64,000 nt of DNA, taken from the human T2T-CHM13v2.0 reference genome, Homo sapiens. Numbering within the stretch: the stretch's first letter is position 1; every line of letters starts with the position of its first letter. Of the stretch, positions 1 through 14,749 are shown one piece after another. The notes under the pieces are model-generated. The model worked only from the letters and a program-made list of their open reading frames with translations. It did not search any database and had not been told where the DNA came from. The stretch is from NCBI RefSeq assembly GCF_009914755.1, contig NC_060929.1, one strand, 5' to 3'. Made by a program: the position numbers and the translations under genes.

Positions 1-120
1 AAATAAGTACATATAATTTAAAAATTTTAATGAGACATGTTAGGAAAATATCTAAATGCATAATTCCAGAAAAAGCTATTTAAATATAACCCTTAACTTC
101 AAAACACTCTTTCATAGCTC

Positions 121-518
121 TGTTAAAAGATAAACTAAGGCACATTAAAATTTCAAAGAGTTTATTTGGGCAACAGTGATTCATGAATCAGGCAGCACCA
201 AACCACACGCAGTTTGAGTTGTTCCAGAGGTGGCTGAAAGGAAAGTTTTTATAGGGTGAATGCAGAAGCAAAGCAATTATTTGATTGTTTAATGTTTGCA
301 CAATGGCCTTATTTGGACTATTCCAGTGAGTCATTCAAAACAATACAACTAATGCCCTGTTGGCTGCCTGTGATTGGCTGAGCTTCAGTTTTATTTTCTT
401 TTAAATTAGCCACTTACAGGAAATGAATCTAAGTTTTGGTTTGCTTACACAGGAATACAGGGTGTTAGAGTCTTACAGCCACCTCAGTTTAATGGACTTC
501 CATTTAATTGTTTTAGCA
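121..518 (-). mobile_element. ERV1 solo LTR, MER31/MER67-like
   Basis: TG...CA ends. tgttaaaagataaactaaggcacattaaaatttcaaagagtttatt...tcatgaatcaggcagc resembles the recalled consensus. Confidence 0.5.
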
Positions 519-635
519 GCTTCTTTGGAACTGTACAAACTAGATTCACAAACTGTGGAACACTGGTGTTCCAATTAGCACTTACATAATATATTAATGA
601 GTGCTTGCTCATTGCTCATAATAATAGGAACAACA

Positions 636-810
636 TAATAATAACAAGAGATGTCATTTCATGGGTACTTACCACATGAAAGGCATTTTGCCAAGCACCT
701 CAAATGTGATATTTTATTCAATTCTCACAATACTCTAGAAGGGAAATACTATTACTATCTCTCTTTTACAGACAAGGAAATAAAGGCTTAGCAGAGTGGA
801 AGAAAACTTT
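636..810 (-). mobile_element. MIR SINE
   Basis: MIR core: ctcacaatactct...tactattactatctctcttttacagacaaggaaataaaggcttag. Confidence 0.75.
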
Positions 811-949
811 ACTACCGTGAAGAGGACTTTTCAGCTTTTTCTCAGCAAAATTTATACAGTGCTCTAGTGAAAACAAGAATAGGGGGAAAGTCCTGGTTGG
901 ATACATCTTATAGTTTAAGTCATGTCTGACTAGTAACAACTATATTTCA

Positions 950-1125
950 TAATGATTTATAGTTTATAAAGCACATTGACCCAACATAGTTGATGCTTAA
1001 ACCATAACCCTTTGAAGGAGGCATGGTCTGAGTCACTGCCATTTGGATAGATGAGAAAGCAGAGGAGGTACTAAGAGGTAAAGTAGCAGAGCTGAGACTT
1101 AAAAACCACGTCTTCTAATTCTGCC
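950..1125 (-). mobile_element. MIR-family SINE fragment
   Basis: ccatttggatagatgagaaagcagagg...gtagcagagctgagacttaaaaaccacgtcttctaattc. Confidence 0.55.
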
Positions 1126-2592
1126 ATCAATGCTTCCTCTAATGTTCCACAGTGCAGGTTTGGGGAATTTCCCTTTGGGAATTTGTATAATCCAAATCTC
1201 AGACTCTCATGACTTGTTATTGTTACCAACATTATCTGACCATCTCTTTTTAGCAACTAACATGATGTATTCTAAATTATTACTGTAATGATCTCAGCCA
1301 GCTGATACTTTATTACACGTGTTGAATATGAACTATTATAGGTGCTCTTTTATCTAATCCATATTTTAGTGAATGAATTATATAATTTGAACTTTTCTTG
1401 TTTATATGTCTCTTGAGATGATATAAAATTACTGGAGTGAATTATACATAAAGAATGGAGGTGCCCATTGCAGTGACTGGCACAGGAATCTTGGCAGCTT
1501 CTCTGCATTCCCATCAGTGGGGACACCACACTGAGGAGACTGGCCGGCACCATAGCACTGTAGGGTGCATGATCAAATCCCTGGACAAATTTTCCACACA
1601 TCCTAGATGTTAATGTGGAGCCTTCCCATGACTCAGAAAAACTAAAAGGACAGAATTAAGTTCTGGTGCTTAAGTCTTCTCCAGACTTGGAAACTATGCA
1701 GTTCTGTGTTTAAGTTTTGGTGCTGAGGTTAAGTTTTGATACTCACTAGAAGTCTTCCTCAGACCAGGAAACAATGGCAGGGCAGTGAGTTCCAGTGCCT
1801 TGTTTTGGTTTTGGTACTCACTATACATCCTCCCCCAAATGGGAAGAAACAGCAGCCTGTAGATTAAGTTTCAGCGCAAAGTAGTGAAGGTCTAACTCCA
1901 CCAAATAACACTTGGGCAGAAGCTGGAAGAGGTGGCCATCTCTTCAAATGTGCAGGTACCAATGTAAAGACACAAGGAAAGTGAAAACTCAGGGAAATAC
2001 GACATCACCAAAAGAAACCAACAAAGCTCCAGTAATTGAACCAGAAAATTTGAAAACCTATTAAATGTCTGACAATGAATTCAGAATAATCCTCTCAAGG
2101 AATTTCAGGGATCATAAGAAAATACACGTAGAATATTAAATGAGATTTGGAAAACAATATAGAAACAAAATGAGAGATTTGACAAAGAAATAGAAACAAT
2201 TTTTAAAAACCAAATAGAAATTCTAGAAATAAAGAATATAATAACAGAACTGAAAAACTCATCGGAAAACCTCAGCAGCAGGCTTGACCAAACAGGAGAA
2301 AGAATCAGTGAACTCAAAGGTAGAAGATATGAAATTTCCCAATTAAAGGGGGAAAAAAATTAGAGGACATCATCAAGTGAACTAACATATGCATAATAGA
2401 CATTCTCAAAGGGGATGAGAGAAAAATGCATAGAAAGCATATTCAAGAAAATAACAGCTAAAAATTCCCCAAATCTGTAGAAAGAGGATAAGACCTAGGT
2501 GCAGTAAGCTCAGAGATCACCGATCAAATTCAGTCCAAAGAGGAATTACCCAAGGCACATAATAATCAAATTATCAAAAATCAAAGACAACG

Positions 2593-2720
2593 AGCCAGGC
2601 ATGGTGGTGAATGCCTGTAGTCCCAGCTACTTAGAAGGCTGAAGGGAAAACATCCCCCGAGCCCAGAAGTTTGAGTTCAGCTTGAGCAGCATAGTAAAAG
2701 CCTGTCCCTAAACCAAATTG
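2593..2720 (+). mobile_element. FLAM (Alu monomer) inserted in L1 ORF1
   Basis: gccaggcatggtggtgaatgcctgtagtcccagctac. TSD aaaaatcaaagacaa (2576-2590) / aaatatcaaagacaa (2727-2741). Confidence 0.8.
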
Positions 2721-3539
2721 TTTTTTAAATATCAAAGACAAAGAACACTGAAAGCATCAAGACAAAAGAAACGTATCACATTCAACAAAGCCCCAGTACA
2801 GCTTTCCACAGATTTCTCAGCAGAATCCTTGCAGGGCAGGAGAGAGTGGGATGATATATTCAAAGTGCTAAAAGAAAAAAAAAAACCTGACAGCCTAGGA
2901 TACTGTACCCCAGAAAGATATCCTTTAAACACGAAGGAGTGATACAGACTTTCCCAGATGAACAAAAGCTGAGGGAGTTCATCAATACCAGATCTGTCTT
3001 ACAAGAAATACTAAAGGGAATTCTGAAAGAAAAGAATACTAATGTGCAGCAAGGAAACATCTGAACGTATAAAAAAATCACTCATAAAAGTATATAGAGA
3101 AATTCAGAATAACACTGTAATTGTGGCATGTAAACCACTTCTATTTTTAGTGTGAAGACTGAAGAACAAAACTATTAAATACAATAATAACTGTAACAAT
3201 TGGTTAAGAAATAGACAATGTAAAAATATGTAAATAAAGCAATCAGAAATTCAAAATGTGGGGGTGGGGAATGGTGTTAAAGTGTAGAGGCTTTTTATTT
3301 CTTTGTGCTCAAAGTTAAGTTGTTATCAATTTAAAACAATTTGTTATGAAATATTTTTTGTAAGTCTCACAGTAACCACAAACCAAATACCTATAATACA
3401 TACACTAAAAATAAATAGTATGACACCAAAACATACTACTAAAGAAAACCACATGAACACAAAGGAAGAGTAACTGAAGAAAAGAAGAAAAAAATATCCT
3501 CAAAACAACCAGATAACACAGAGAAAAAATGCAGTGGTA

Positions 3540-4010
3540 TGCTAGTAGGAGTGTAAATTAGTTCAACCATTGTGGAAAATGGTGTGGTGATTCCTCAAAG
3601 ACCTAAAGACAGAAATGCCATTCAACCCAGCAGTCCCTTTACTGGGTATATACCCAAAGGAATATAAATCTTTCTATTATAAAGACATGCACGTATATGT
3701 TCACTACAGCACTATTCACAATAGCAAAGACATGGAATCAACCCAGATGCCCATCAGCGATAGACTGGATAAAGAAAATGTAGTACATATACACCATGAA
3801 ATACTACATGGCCATAGAAAAGAATGAAATCATGTCCTTTGCAGGGACATGGATGGAGCTGGGTGCTATTATCCTTAGCAAACTAATGCAGGAACAGAGA
3901 ACCAAATATTACATGTTCTCACTTGTAAGTGGGAGCTAAATGATGAGAATGCATGGACACATGGAAGGCAACAATACATACGGGGGCCTATCGGAGGGTG
4001 GAGGGTGGGT
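3540..4010 (+). mobile_element. L1PA/PB 3'-end fragment without a poly(A) tail
   Basis: ORF 3615-3827 (MPFNPAVPLLGIYPKEYKSFYYKD) is the ORF2p C-terminus. The fragment stops at the G-rich ggagggtggagggtggg. Confidence 0.8.
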
Positions 4011-5387
4011 GTATATGTATATGCACCCAACATTGGAGCACCAAAATTTATAAAACAAATATGAATAGACCTAAAGGGATAGGTAGACTATAGTACAATA
4101 AATAATAGTAAGGGACTTCAGCACCCCACCTTCAGCAATAGACAGAACATCCAGACAGAAAATCAACAAGGAAACATCCGGAGTTAAACTGCAATCTAGA
4201 CCTTATTTACAGAGCATTCCATCCAACAGCTGCAGAATATACATTCTTCTCAACAACACTTGGAATATTCTCTAGGACAGACCATGTGTGAGGTCTAAAT
4301 AACTTTTAAAAGTGGAAATAATATCAAGTGTCTTTTCTGACCACAATGGAATAAAACTAGAAATTTATAACAGAAAAAACATTAGCAACTATACAAATAT
4401 GTGGAAATTAAACATCATGCTCCCGAACAACAAATAGGTTAATGAAAAACTTAAAAAGGAAATTTAAAAATTCTTGAGACAAATGAAAATGAAAACACAA
4501 CATACCAAACCTATGGGACACAGCAAAAATAGCTCTAAAAGAGCAGTTTATCCCAATAAATGCCTACATCAAAAAAGTAGAAAGATCTTAAATAAATAAC
4601 ATAACTTCATACCTCATGGAACTAGAAAAACAAGAACACACAAAACCCAAAATTAGTAGAAGGAAAGAACTAATAAAGATCAGAAGATAAATAAATGAAA
4701 GAGATGTTTTAAAATACAAAAGTTAACCAAACAAATAGTTGTGTTTTTTAAAAGATAAAATTGACAAACATTTAGCTAAACTAAGAAAAAGGGAGAGGAC
4801 TGAAATAAATAAAACCAGAAATGAAAAGGAGACATTACAATTGATACCACAGAAATATAAAGGATCACAGGAGACCATTATGAGTAACTATATGCCAACA
4901 AATTGGAAAATCTAGAATAAATTGATGGGTTTCTGGACACATACAATTTACCAAAATTGAATCATGAAGAAATAGAAAACTTGAAGAGAACAATAACAAG
5001 TAATGAGATTGAAGCAGTAATAAAGACTGTCCCATCAAAGAAAAGCCCAGGATCTGATCGATTTACTTTAAACATTTGGTAGAATTTCTGCTAAATTCTA
5101 CCAAACATTTAAAGAACTAGTGCTAATTTTTCTCAAACTGTTTCAGAAAACTGAAGAGGAGAGAATACTTCCAAACTCGTTCTATAAGGACATTTTACAC
5201 TCTTGACCAGTAATATATGGGAATTTCCATTACCACATTCAAGTCAATGTTTGGCAGAGTCAGTCTTTCTTATTTTATCCATTCTGCCAGGTGGGAAGTA
5301 GTATTATATTGTGGTTGTTTCCTATACTCTTAAATGAAAAACTAAAAATGGTTAATAGTGATTGTTGCTTGTACATGCCCGAAATAT

Positions 5388-5463
5388 CTTTTTTTTTTTT
5401 TTTTTTTTTTTTTTGAGACAGAGTCTTGCTCTGTCGCCCAGGCTGGAGTGCAGTGGCATGATC
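5388..5463 (-). mobile_element. Heavily 5'-truncated Alu (about 50 bp plus tail)
   Basis: Poly-T followed by gagacagagtcttgctctgtcgcccaggctggagtgcagtggcatgatc, flanked by an aatatcttt duplication. Confidence 0.85.
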
Positions 5464-5744
5464 AGAATATCTTTAAAAGGCTGCACAAGGATCTAAACAT
5501 GCTGGTTTTCCTTTGGTGAGCCCCTATTTGACTGGGACACAGGTGATGGAGGTAGACTCTTTACCCTGCAATCATTAGTTACTTTTGACTGTTGAACCAC
5601 GTTGTTATTATATTACTTATTGAAAAAAACAAAATGAAGTTATTTTTTAAATCACTCAATTACTCACTGGGTCATGAACCTCCGACCTGCTCCTAGCTTA
5701 GACAGGGCATATGAGTTGGGGTATTCTGAGTGGGGAGAAGGCAC

Positions 5745-6983
5745 CTAGCTTAGTTCATTCAGGCTGCTATAACAAAATGCCATTCAGTGAGTGGCTTATA
5801 AACAAATTTATTTCTCACAGTTCTTGGGGCTGGGAAGTCTGAGATCAAGACACCAGCTGGTGAGGACTCACTTTCTGGTTCATAGAAGGCACCTTCCTCA
5901 CATGGTAGAAGGGACGAGAGAGCTCTCTGGAGTTTCTTTATAACAGTACTAATGTCATTCATGAGGGTTTTACCCTCACGACTCAATCACCTCTCAAACA
6001 CCCCACCTCCTACTACCATCACATTGGGGGTGTCAATTTCAAAATCATAAGATCTATACATTTGGAAAGGAGACATTATTTCTTGTAAAAGATTACAGCC
6101 TGCAGGCTGGCCATCCTCAGGATGGGAAGTGTAGCCTCCAGCAGATCCCGAAAGGCAGGCACTTCAAGGGAGGGAGGGAGGGGTTAAGACAGGAATTTAT
6201 GCTGAATAGGTTGGCCAAGTATGCACATTCGTCAGGACATAGGAGGAGCTATGGATATTCATCAAAGGGAGTTGTGATAAGCAAACATGCATGTTACATG
6301 CATCCGGTGTTCACTCTGGGGTGAAGACTTAACATTTAAATGCATTGCAGTTCAGGCCATATATGTCAAAAGGTGAAGGAGAGACACAAAGGTACTCAAG
6401 TGTGCAACCTCTGTAAAACTGGCCAGAACCAGATCAAGGTCAGTGGTCTCTTAACAGAAAAAAGTTACTGAAATCAGCCCCTTTTCCAATCAAAGCAATA
6501 GTTATGGCTTGTAGAACATGGGATCAGTTGTCACCTGGCAGTGGATGAGCTGTGCTTGTTTTAACATTGCTTATTTAGGCCAGTGCTTGTTTAGCTGCTA
6601 GAGAAAAAGAAAAACCTTGCGGTAGTTAGAACATTTATTCTTTAAGTGTAGGGATGTGCGACTTAACCCTTGCCTGGCATGGCCTTAAGTCCTATTTATA
6701 ACTTGGTATCTTATTGCTACAAAGAGTTCATTCTGTCAGTGTTATGATCTCCTTTTAACATTAATGCTGGTCAGTTGTTGTGTCTACACTGCAAATGGGA
6801 GGGGTATAATGAGGCATGTCTGACATCCTGGCTGGTTAAGGTTTCTCTGGGATCCCAAAGCTGTTGGCCAAAAGGGGGTCAGTTTGGTTGGTAAGAGGGA
6901 CTTATAATTTTACTTGTAGTTCTCAAGGATTAGATTTCAATATATGAATTGGTGTGGGGGACAGACACATTCAGTCTGTGGCA
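5745..6983 (-). mobile_element. MaLR LTR (MLT1A/MST-like) in two pieces, 5745-6030 and 6926-6983
   Basis: ttagttcattcaggctgctataacaaaatgcc...accatcacattggggg, resuming with atttcaatatatgaatt...cacattcagtctgtggca. Confidence 0.75.
6031..6925 (-). mobile_element. ERV1 solo LTR, MER4 group (MER4D/MER49-like), nested in the MaLR LTR
   Basis: About 895 bp with TG...CA ends. The minus strand starts tgagaactacaagtaaaattataag, similar to MER4-group 5' ends. Confidence 0.7.
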
Positions 6984-7912
6984 GCACTTTCTGCTTTCAC
7001 TCCAGCCCTTACCCTCCCAGAAGACCTTAGGGTGTGGCTGGGTCAGGTAGACAGGAACCCCCACCTCCTTCTTCCCACCCGAGGAGGTGGGAGAGAGGAG
7101 ACAGTCTTACTGTCTGGCTGCCATTGTGGTCTTCTCTTTTGGGGTTGTGGTTTCTCTAATGTGCTCTCAGTGGCAGGTTCCAAGGCAGCTGTCTCCTGGG
7201 TCATATATGTGAGGCTTTTGTGGGGGTGGAGGCTGAAGAACCTGTGGAGCCTCTCTCTGATCCATTCTCTGATGTGAAACATCCATTCCACTTGACCTCT
7301 TTCAACCTTCAATTCTAATCCCTGGGTTGTGGGTGTGGGTACACCCTGTAGCCTCTCATTTATGGTCCTCTTTGTGGGTTGCAGCAAGTTGGCTCAGGCC
7401 CAACTACCTTCCACAGCCTCCCTGGCCCCACCAGCTCCTCACACATCTGGTAGTGATGCAGATTGCTCCTCTGATGTCCTTACCCTGCCATCTCTTACCA
7501 ATTCCCTCCTCCCTGCTCAGGAAGCTGCACTCATAAGTCCAATGCCTTAGCAGATATTCAATAGGGGAATGAAATGACAGTCTCTCCTTCTTCAGGAACC
7601 ATCAAATTCTATGAGTAATTCCCTTGAAACCCTTCACAATTGGATCCCCAGACAGGAGAGGAGAGAGAAGGAGAGAAAAGCCCCAGTACTCTCCCCTAGG
7701 TTGATCGCTCAGAGCTCTAACAATTTCTTCCTCCTCACTTTCCCAGTCTTCTTGTATAGAATGCCTGAGTTAGGTGTTATAGGGATATATCTGCTCATTC
7801 TTAGTAATCCCTGGGTATGAGTCTGCAACCAGGTGTAGAGTATTACTGTGTGTGTGTAGAGGAGTAACCCTGTGCGGGTGAGAGCAGATCCTATGCAGGA
7901 TGGCTTTCCAGT

Positions 7913-8450
7913 CCAGTGCTTCTCCAATTTTAATATGCATACAAAACGCCTGGAGATCTTGTTAAACTCAGATTCAGGAAGTCTAGGTGGGGTCTGAAAT
8001 TCCATAGTTTAAAAAACATTTAATTGTGGTAAAATACACATAACAAAATTTACCATCATAATCATTTTCAGTGTACAGTTCAAGTTCAGTAGTATTATGC
8101 ACATTCACATTGTTTTGCAACCATCACCACCATCGATTTCCAGAACTCTTTGATCTTGCAAAACTGAAACTCTGTACCCGTTAAACACTAACTCCCCATT
8201 GCCCCCCACCCTCCGCCCCTGGCAACCAGAATCCGCTTTCTATCTCTATGAATCTGACTGCTCTAGGTACCTTATATTAATGGAATCATACAGTATTTGC
8301 CCTTTTGTGACTGCCTTATTTCATGTAGCAAAATGTTCTCAAGATTCATCCTTGTTCTTATGTGTCATATATTTTTAAATTCTGCATTTTTAACAAGCTC
8401 CCAGTGATGCTGATGCTGTGGTCCCAAAGACCACACTTTCAATAGCAAGC
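7913..8450. mobile_element. MER5A (hAT) split by an L1MB 3' fragment
   Basis: cagtgcttctc...cctggagatcttgttaaa (7913-8004), then attctgcatttttaacaagctccc...gaccacacttt (8377-8450). Confidence 0.75.
8010..8370 (-). mobile_element. L1MB 3' end fragment
   Basis: ttgtggtaaaatacacataacaaaatttaccatc...aaaactgaaactctgtaccc. Confidence 0.8.
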
Positions 8451-8540
8451 CCTCTATTTAGGAGGTAATTAAACATCTCTGTATTCAGCTGGGGCCAAGT
8501 CTTCAATTTGAGAGCAATAAGAAAAAACAAATTTGCTCTC

Positions 8541-8956
8541 TGCAATGGTTAATTTTGTGTCAGCTTGGCTAGGCCATGGTAGCCAGATATTTGGTCAAAC
8601 ACCAGCCTACATGTCATTGTGAAGGTATTTTCTAGGTGACATTAACATTTAAATCAGTAGACTTTGACTAAGGCAGATTACCCTCTAAAATATGGGCGAG
8701 CCTCATCCAATCAGTTGAAGGCTTTAAAAGAAAAAGACTGAGGTCCTCTGCGGAAGAGGGAATTCTACCTCCACGCTGCCTTCAGACTCAAGCTGCAACA
8801 TGAACCCATCCCTAGGGATCCAGATTGCCAGCTTGCCCTGCAGATTTTGGACTTGCCAGTCCCCACTATTATGTAAGTCAGTTTCTTAAAATACATCTCT
8901 CTATATACGTAGCTACAGATTCCACTGGTTATGTTACTAAGGAGGACCCTAATACA
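8541..8956 (+). mobile_element. MLT2 (ERVL) solo LTR
   Basis: tgcaatggttaattttgtgtcagcttggctagg...ggaggaccctaataca. Confidence 0.8.
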
Positions 8957-9106
8957 GCCTCTTGCTATGGAATCTTGTTGTACATTCTGTTATGAAACCA
9001 TAATATACAGTATCATATTGTATACATTGTATTGTCTTTTGTTTTACATTAGTGGCCATCATTAGTATATTTCTAAGATTTACTCTTAGAGGGAGATCTA
9101 GCTCTA

Positions 9107-9278
9107 GTTCAGTGGGTCTCAAAGTTTAAATTCAAATCACCTGGAGGCCTTGTTAAACCACGTATTACTGGGCCTCACCACCAGAGTTCCTGATTTCAGT
9201 AGATCTGGATTGAGGCTCAAGAATTTCATTTTCCCAAGTGTTGCTGTTTGCTCAGAGGCCACACGAATTACTGCTCTA
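9107..9278. mobile_element. MER5A-like fragment
   Basis: cagtgggtctcaaagt...atcacctggaggccttgttaaa...ctgatttcagtagatctgg. Confidence 0.65.
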
Positions 9279-9529
9279 ATTCTTTCATTTTAATTGCTGT
9301 ATGATATTCATTGTGCATTGTATAAAACATGGTTTACTTGTGATGGACATTTACATTATTTCCTATTTCAAAACGGCAAAGATTTTAGTTTTTGTCTCAG
9401 GCACACAGGTGAGCTTTTTAAAGCAGTGGTTCTCAGCTCCATTAGACACAAAGCCTCCTTTATATAACAGATATTTATAACTCTCCTTTTACTATATTGA
9501 AATGAAACACATAGATAATACTATAGGAG

Positions 9530-9807
9530 GGCTGGGCTCGGTGGCTCACGCCTGTAATCCCAGCATTTTGGGAGGCCAAGGCAGACTGATCACCTGAGGT
9601 CAGGAGTTTGAGACCAGCCTGGCCAACAGGGTGAAACCCCGCCTCTACTAAAAATACAAAAATTAGCCCGGCGTAGTGGAACATGAGAGGTTGAGGCAAG
9701 AGAATCACTTAAAATCGGGAGGCAGAGGTTCAGTGAGCTGAGATCGTGCCACTGCACTCCAGCCTGGGCGACAGAGCAAGACTTTGCCTCAAAAAAAAAA
9801 AAAAAAA
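9530..9807 (+). mobile_element. AluS
   Basis: Dimeric Alu with an A17 tail and a small deletion in the right arm. Confidence 0.92.
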
Positions 9808-10128
9808 GGCCAGGCACGGTGACTCACGCCTATAATCCCAGCACTTTGGGAGGCCGAGGTGGGCAGATCACGAGGTCAGGAGATCGAGACCATCCTGGCT
9901 AACATGGTGAAACCCTGTCTCTACTAAAAATACAAAAAATTAGCAAGGCGTGGTGGCAGTCGCCTGTAGTTCCAGCTACTCGCCTGTAGTCCCAGCTACT
10001 CGCCTGTAGTCCCAGCTACTCGGGAGGCTAAGGCAGGAGAATGGCGTGAACCTGGGAGGCAGAGCTTGTGCCACTGCACTCCAGCCTGGGCAACAGGCTG
10101 GAGTCTCAAAAAAAAAAAAAAAAAAAAA
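9808..10128 (+). mobile_element. AluY-like element inserted in the tail of the preceding Alu
   Basis: Diagnostic gatcacgaggtcaggagatcgagaccatcctggctaac and gaatggcgtgaacc. An outer TSD tataggagg (9522-9530 / 10134-10142) flanks both Alus. Confidence 0.92.
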
Positions 10129-10134
10129 GAAATT

Positions 10135-10545
10135 ATAGGAGGACAGAAGTGCAAATGAACCTGAAGGGACTAAAGGTTTCAGCAGGGCTGGTTCCTTCTG
10201 AAGTCTCCAGGGAAAAATCGTTCATTCCTTGCCTCTTCCAGCATCTGGAGGCTGCTGCAATTTCTGGGTTTCTTAGTTCACAGCAGCAGCACTTTGATCT
10301 CTGCTTCCTTCCTCATATTACCTCTCCTCCTCAGTGCTGTCACCCTCTCCCTCTGCCTGTGTCTTACAAAGAAACTCATGGTTACACCAATAGGCCCATC
10401 AAAATAATCTATAATAGGATTATCACTCTACCTCAAGATCCTGAATTACACCTTCAAAATCTCTTTTGCTATGTAAATCAACATATTCACAGGGTCCAGG
10501 AGTTAGGAAGTGGACATCTTGGGTAAGCCATCTCAGCCTACCATA
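10135..10545 (-). mobile_element. MLT1 (D/E-like) MaLR LTR
   Basis: cagcagggctggttccttctgaagtctccaggg...attcacagggtccaggagttagg...cagcctaccata. Confidence 0.7.
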
Positions 10546-10573
10546 CCATCTGTTCTTATTTTACTAATACTTT

Positions 10574-11020
10574 TGAGAGGTGAAGCCAGCTGGACCTCCG
10601 GGGGTCTTGGAGAACTTTTCTGTCTAGCTAGAGGATTGTAAACGTACCAACCAGTGCTCTGTGTCTAGCTAAAGGATTGTAAAAACACACCAATCAGCAC
10701 TCTGTAAAAACACACCAATCAGCACTCTGTAAAATGGACCAATCAGTGCTCTGTAAAATGAACCAATCAGCAGGACATGGGCGGGGACAAATAAGGGAAT
10801 AAAAGCTGGCCACCCCCCGCCAGCAGCAGCAATCTGGTAGGGTCCCGTTCCCTTCTTTGGAGTCTTAGTTCTTTAGCTCTTCACGATAAACCTTGCTGCT
10901 GCTTTCTCTTTGTGTTTGTGTCGCCTTTAAGAGCTGTAGCACTGACTGTGAAGGTCTGCAGCTTCATTCTCGAAGTCAGTGAGACCAAGAACCCACCTAA
11001 AGGAACCAACTCCGGAAACA
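10574..11020 (+). mobile_element. LTR12 (ERV9) solo LTR, short LTR12F-like form
   Basis: tgagaggtgaagccagctgg...ggaaccaactccggaaaca with a 4-bp TSD cttt (10570-10573 / 11021-11024) and tandem caccaatcagcactctgtaaaa units. Confidence 0.9.
10690..10804 (+). promoter_or_regulatory. LTR12 U3 promoter: four CCAAT boxes, a GC box and an AATAAA TATA-like element
   Basis: CCAAT at 10690, 10715, 10739 and 10763; gggcgggg at 10779-10786; aataaaa at 10798-10804. Activity cannot be shown from sequence. Confidence 0.6.
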
Positions 11021-11024
11021 CTTT

Positions 11025-12920
<1,896 letters not shown>

Positions 12921-13710
12921 AATTTTTAAATTCTGGTAAAATACACGTAACATAACATTTACCATTTTTAAGTATAATTCAGCAGCCTTAAGTATTCATA
13001 TTGTTGTGCTACTGTCACCATTATCCATCCACAAACATTTTTTAATCTTGCAAACTCTGTACTAATAAACACTAACTCCCCATTTCTCCCTTCACAGCCC
13101 CTGGCAACCATCATCCTGTTTTCTGTCTCTATGAATTTGACTATACTAGGTACCTCATATAAGTGGAATCATTCAGTATTTGCCTTTCTATGATTGGTGT
13201 ATTTCACTTAGCGTAATGACCTTGAGCTTCATCTATGTTGTAGCATGTGTCAGAATTCCCTTCCTTTTTTTAAAAAAAAAAAATTATTTTAAGTTTATGA
13301 GTACATATATAGGTTTGTTACACAGGTAAAAGTGTGTCCAAGGCAGGTCTGGTAGTAATAAATTTCCTCAGCATTTTCTTGTCTGAAAGGGTTCTTATTT
13401 CTCTTTCACTTACAAAGCTTAGTTTTGCCAGATATAAAATTCTGGGTTGGAATGTCTTTTTTTAAAGAATGTTAAATTTTGGGAACCAATCTCTTCTGGC
13501 TTGTAAGGTTTCCACTGAGAGGTGTGCTGTTAGTCTGATGAGCTTCCCTTTGTAGGTGATCTGGCCTTTTTCTCTATCTGCCTTTAACATTATTTCTTCT
13601 ATTTTGACCTTGGAGAATCTGATGATTATGTGTCTTGGGGATCCTCTCATGGAGTAGCTTACTGGGGTTCTCTGCATTTGCTGAATTTGAATGTTGGCTT
13701 GTCTAGCTAG

Positions 13711-14250
<540 letters not shown>

Positions 14251-14749
14251 TAACTGTATAATGAAATTCTTTTATTGTGTTTTTCAGTTCTGTAAGTTCA
14301 GTTACATTCTTCTTTATACTGCCTATTTTGTCTGTGAGCTCCTGAAATGTTTTATCATGGTTTTTAGCTTCCTTGCATTAGGTTACAACATGTTCCTTTA
14401 ACTCAGTGAAGTTCGTTTTTATCCATATTCTGAGTTATACTTCTGTCATTTTAGCCATCTCAGCCTCAGCCCAGTTCTAAACCCTTGCTGGAGAGGTGAT
14501 GTGGTCATTAGAGGAAAGAGGGCACACTGGGTTTTTGAGTTTTCAGCCTTCTTGCGCTGAATCTTTCTCATCTTTGTGGACCTATCTACCATCAATATTT
14601 GAGGCTGCTGACCTTTGGATGAGATTTTCATTTTCTTTTAACTGTCTGGCCACTTTTCCATAGGGCTGCTGTGGTTTGCTGGGGGCCTGCTCCAATCCCT
14701 AGTTACCTCAGATTTTCCAGTACCTGGAGGTATCACCAGTGAAGGGTGC

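Larger units (their letters stand above)
1480..5195 (+). mobile_element. Old LINE-1 (L1M/L1MA type): 5' region, degenerate ORF1 and 5' half of ORF2
   Basis: ORF 2718-2942 (QLSTDFSAESLQGRREWDDIFKVLKEK) is ORF1p. Endonuclease-region remnants start near 4015 (atatgcacccaac; ttctgaccacaatggaataaaactaga). Confidence 0.85.

Noticed and set aside
6954-7900. Overlapping ORFs of 69-114 aa in a more GC-rich patch
   Set aside because: No recognisable protein or consistent exon structure. Probably chance ORFs, possibly in an old LTR I could not name.
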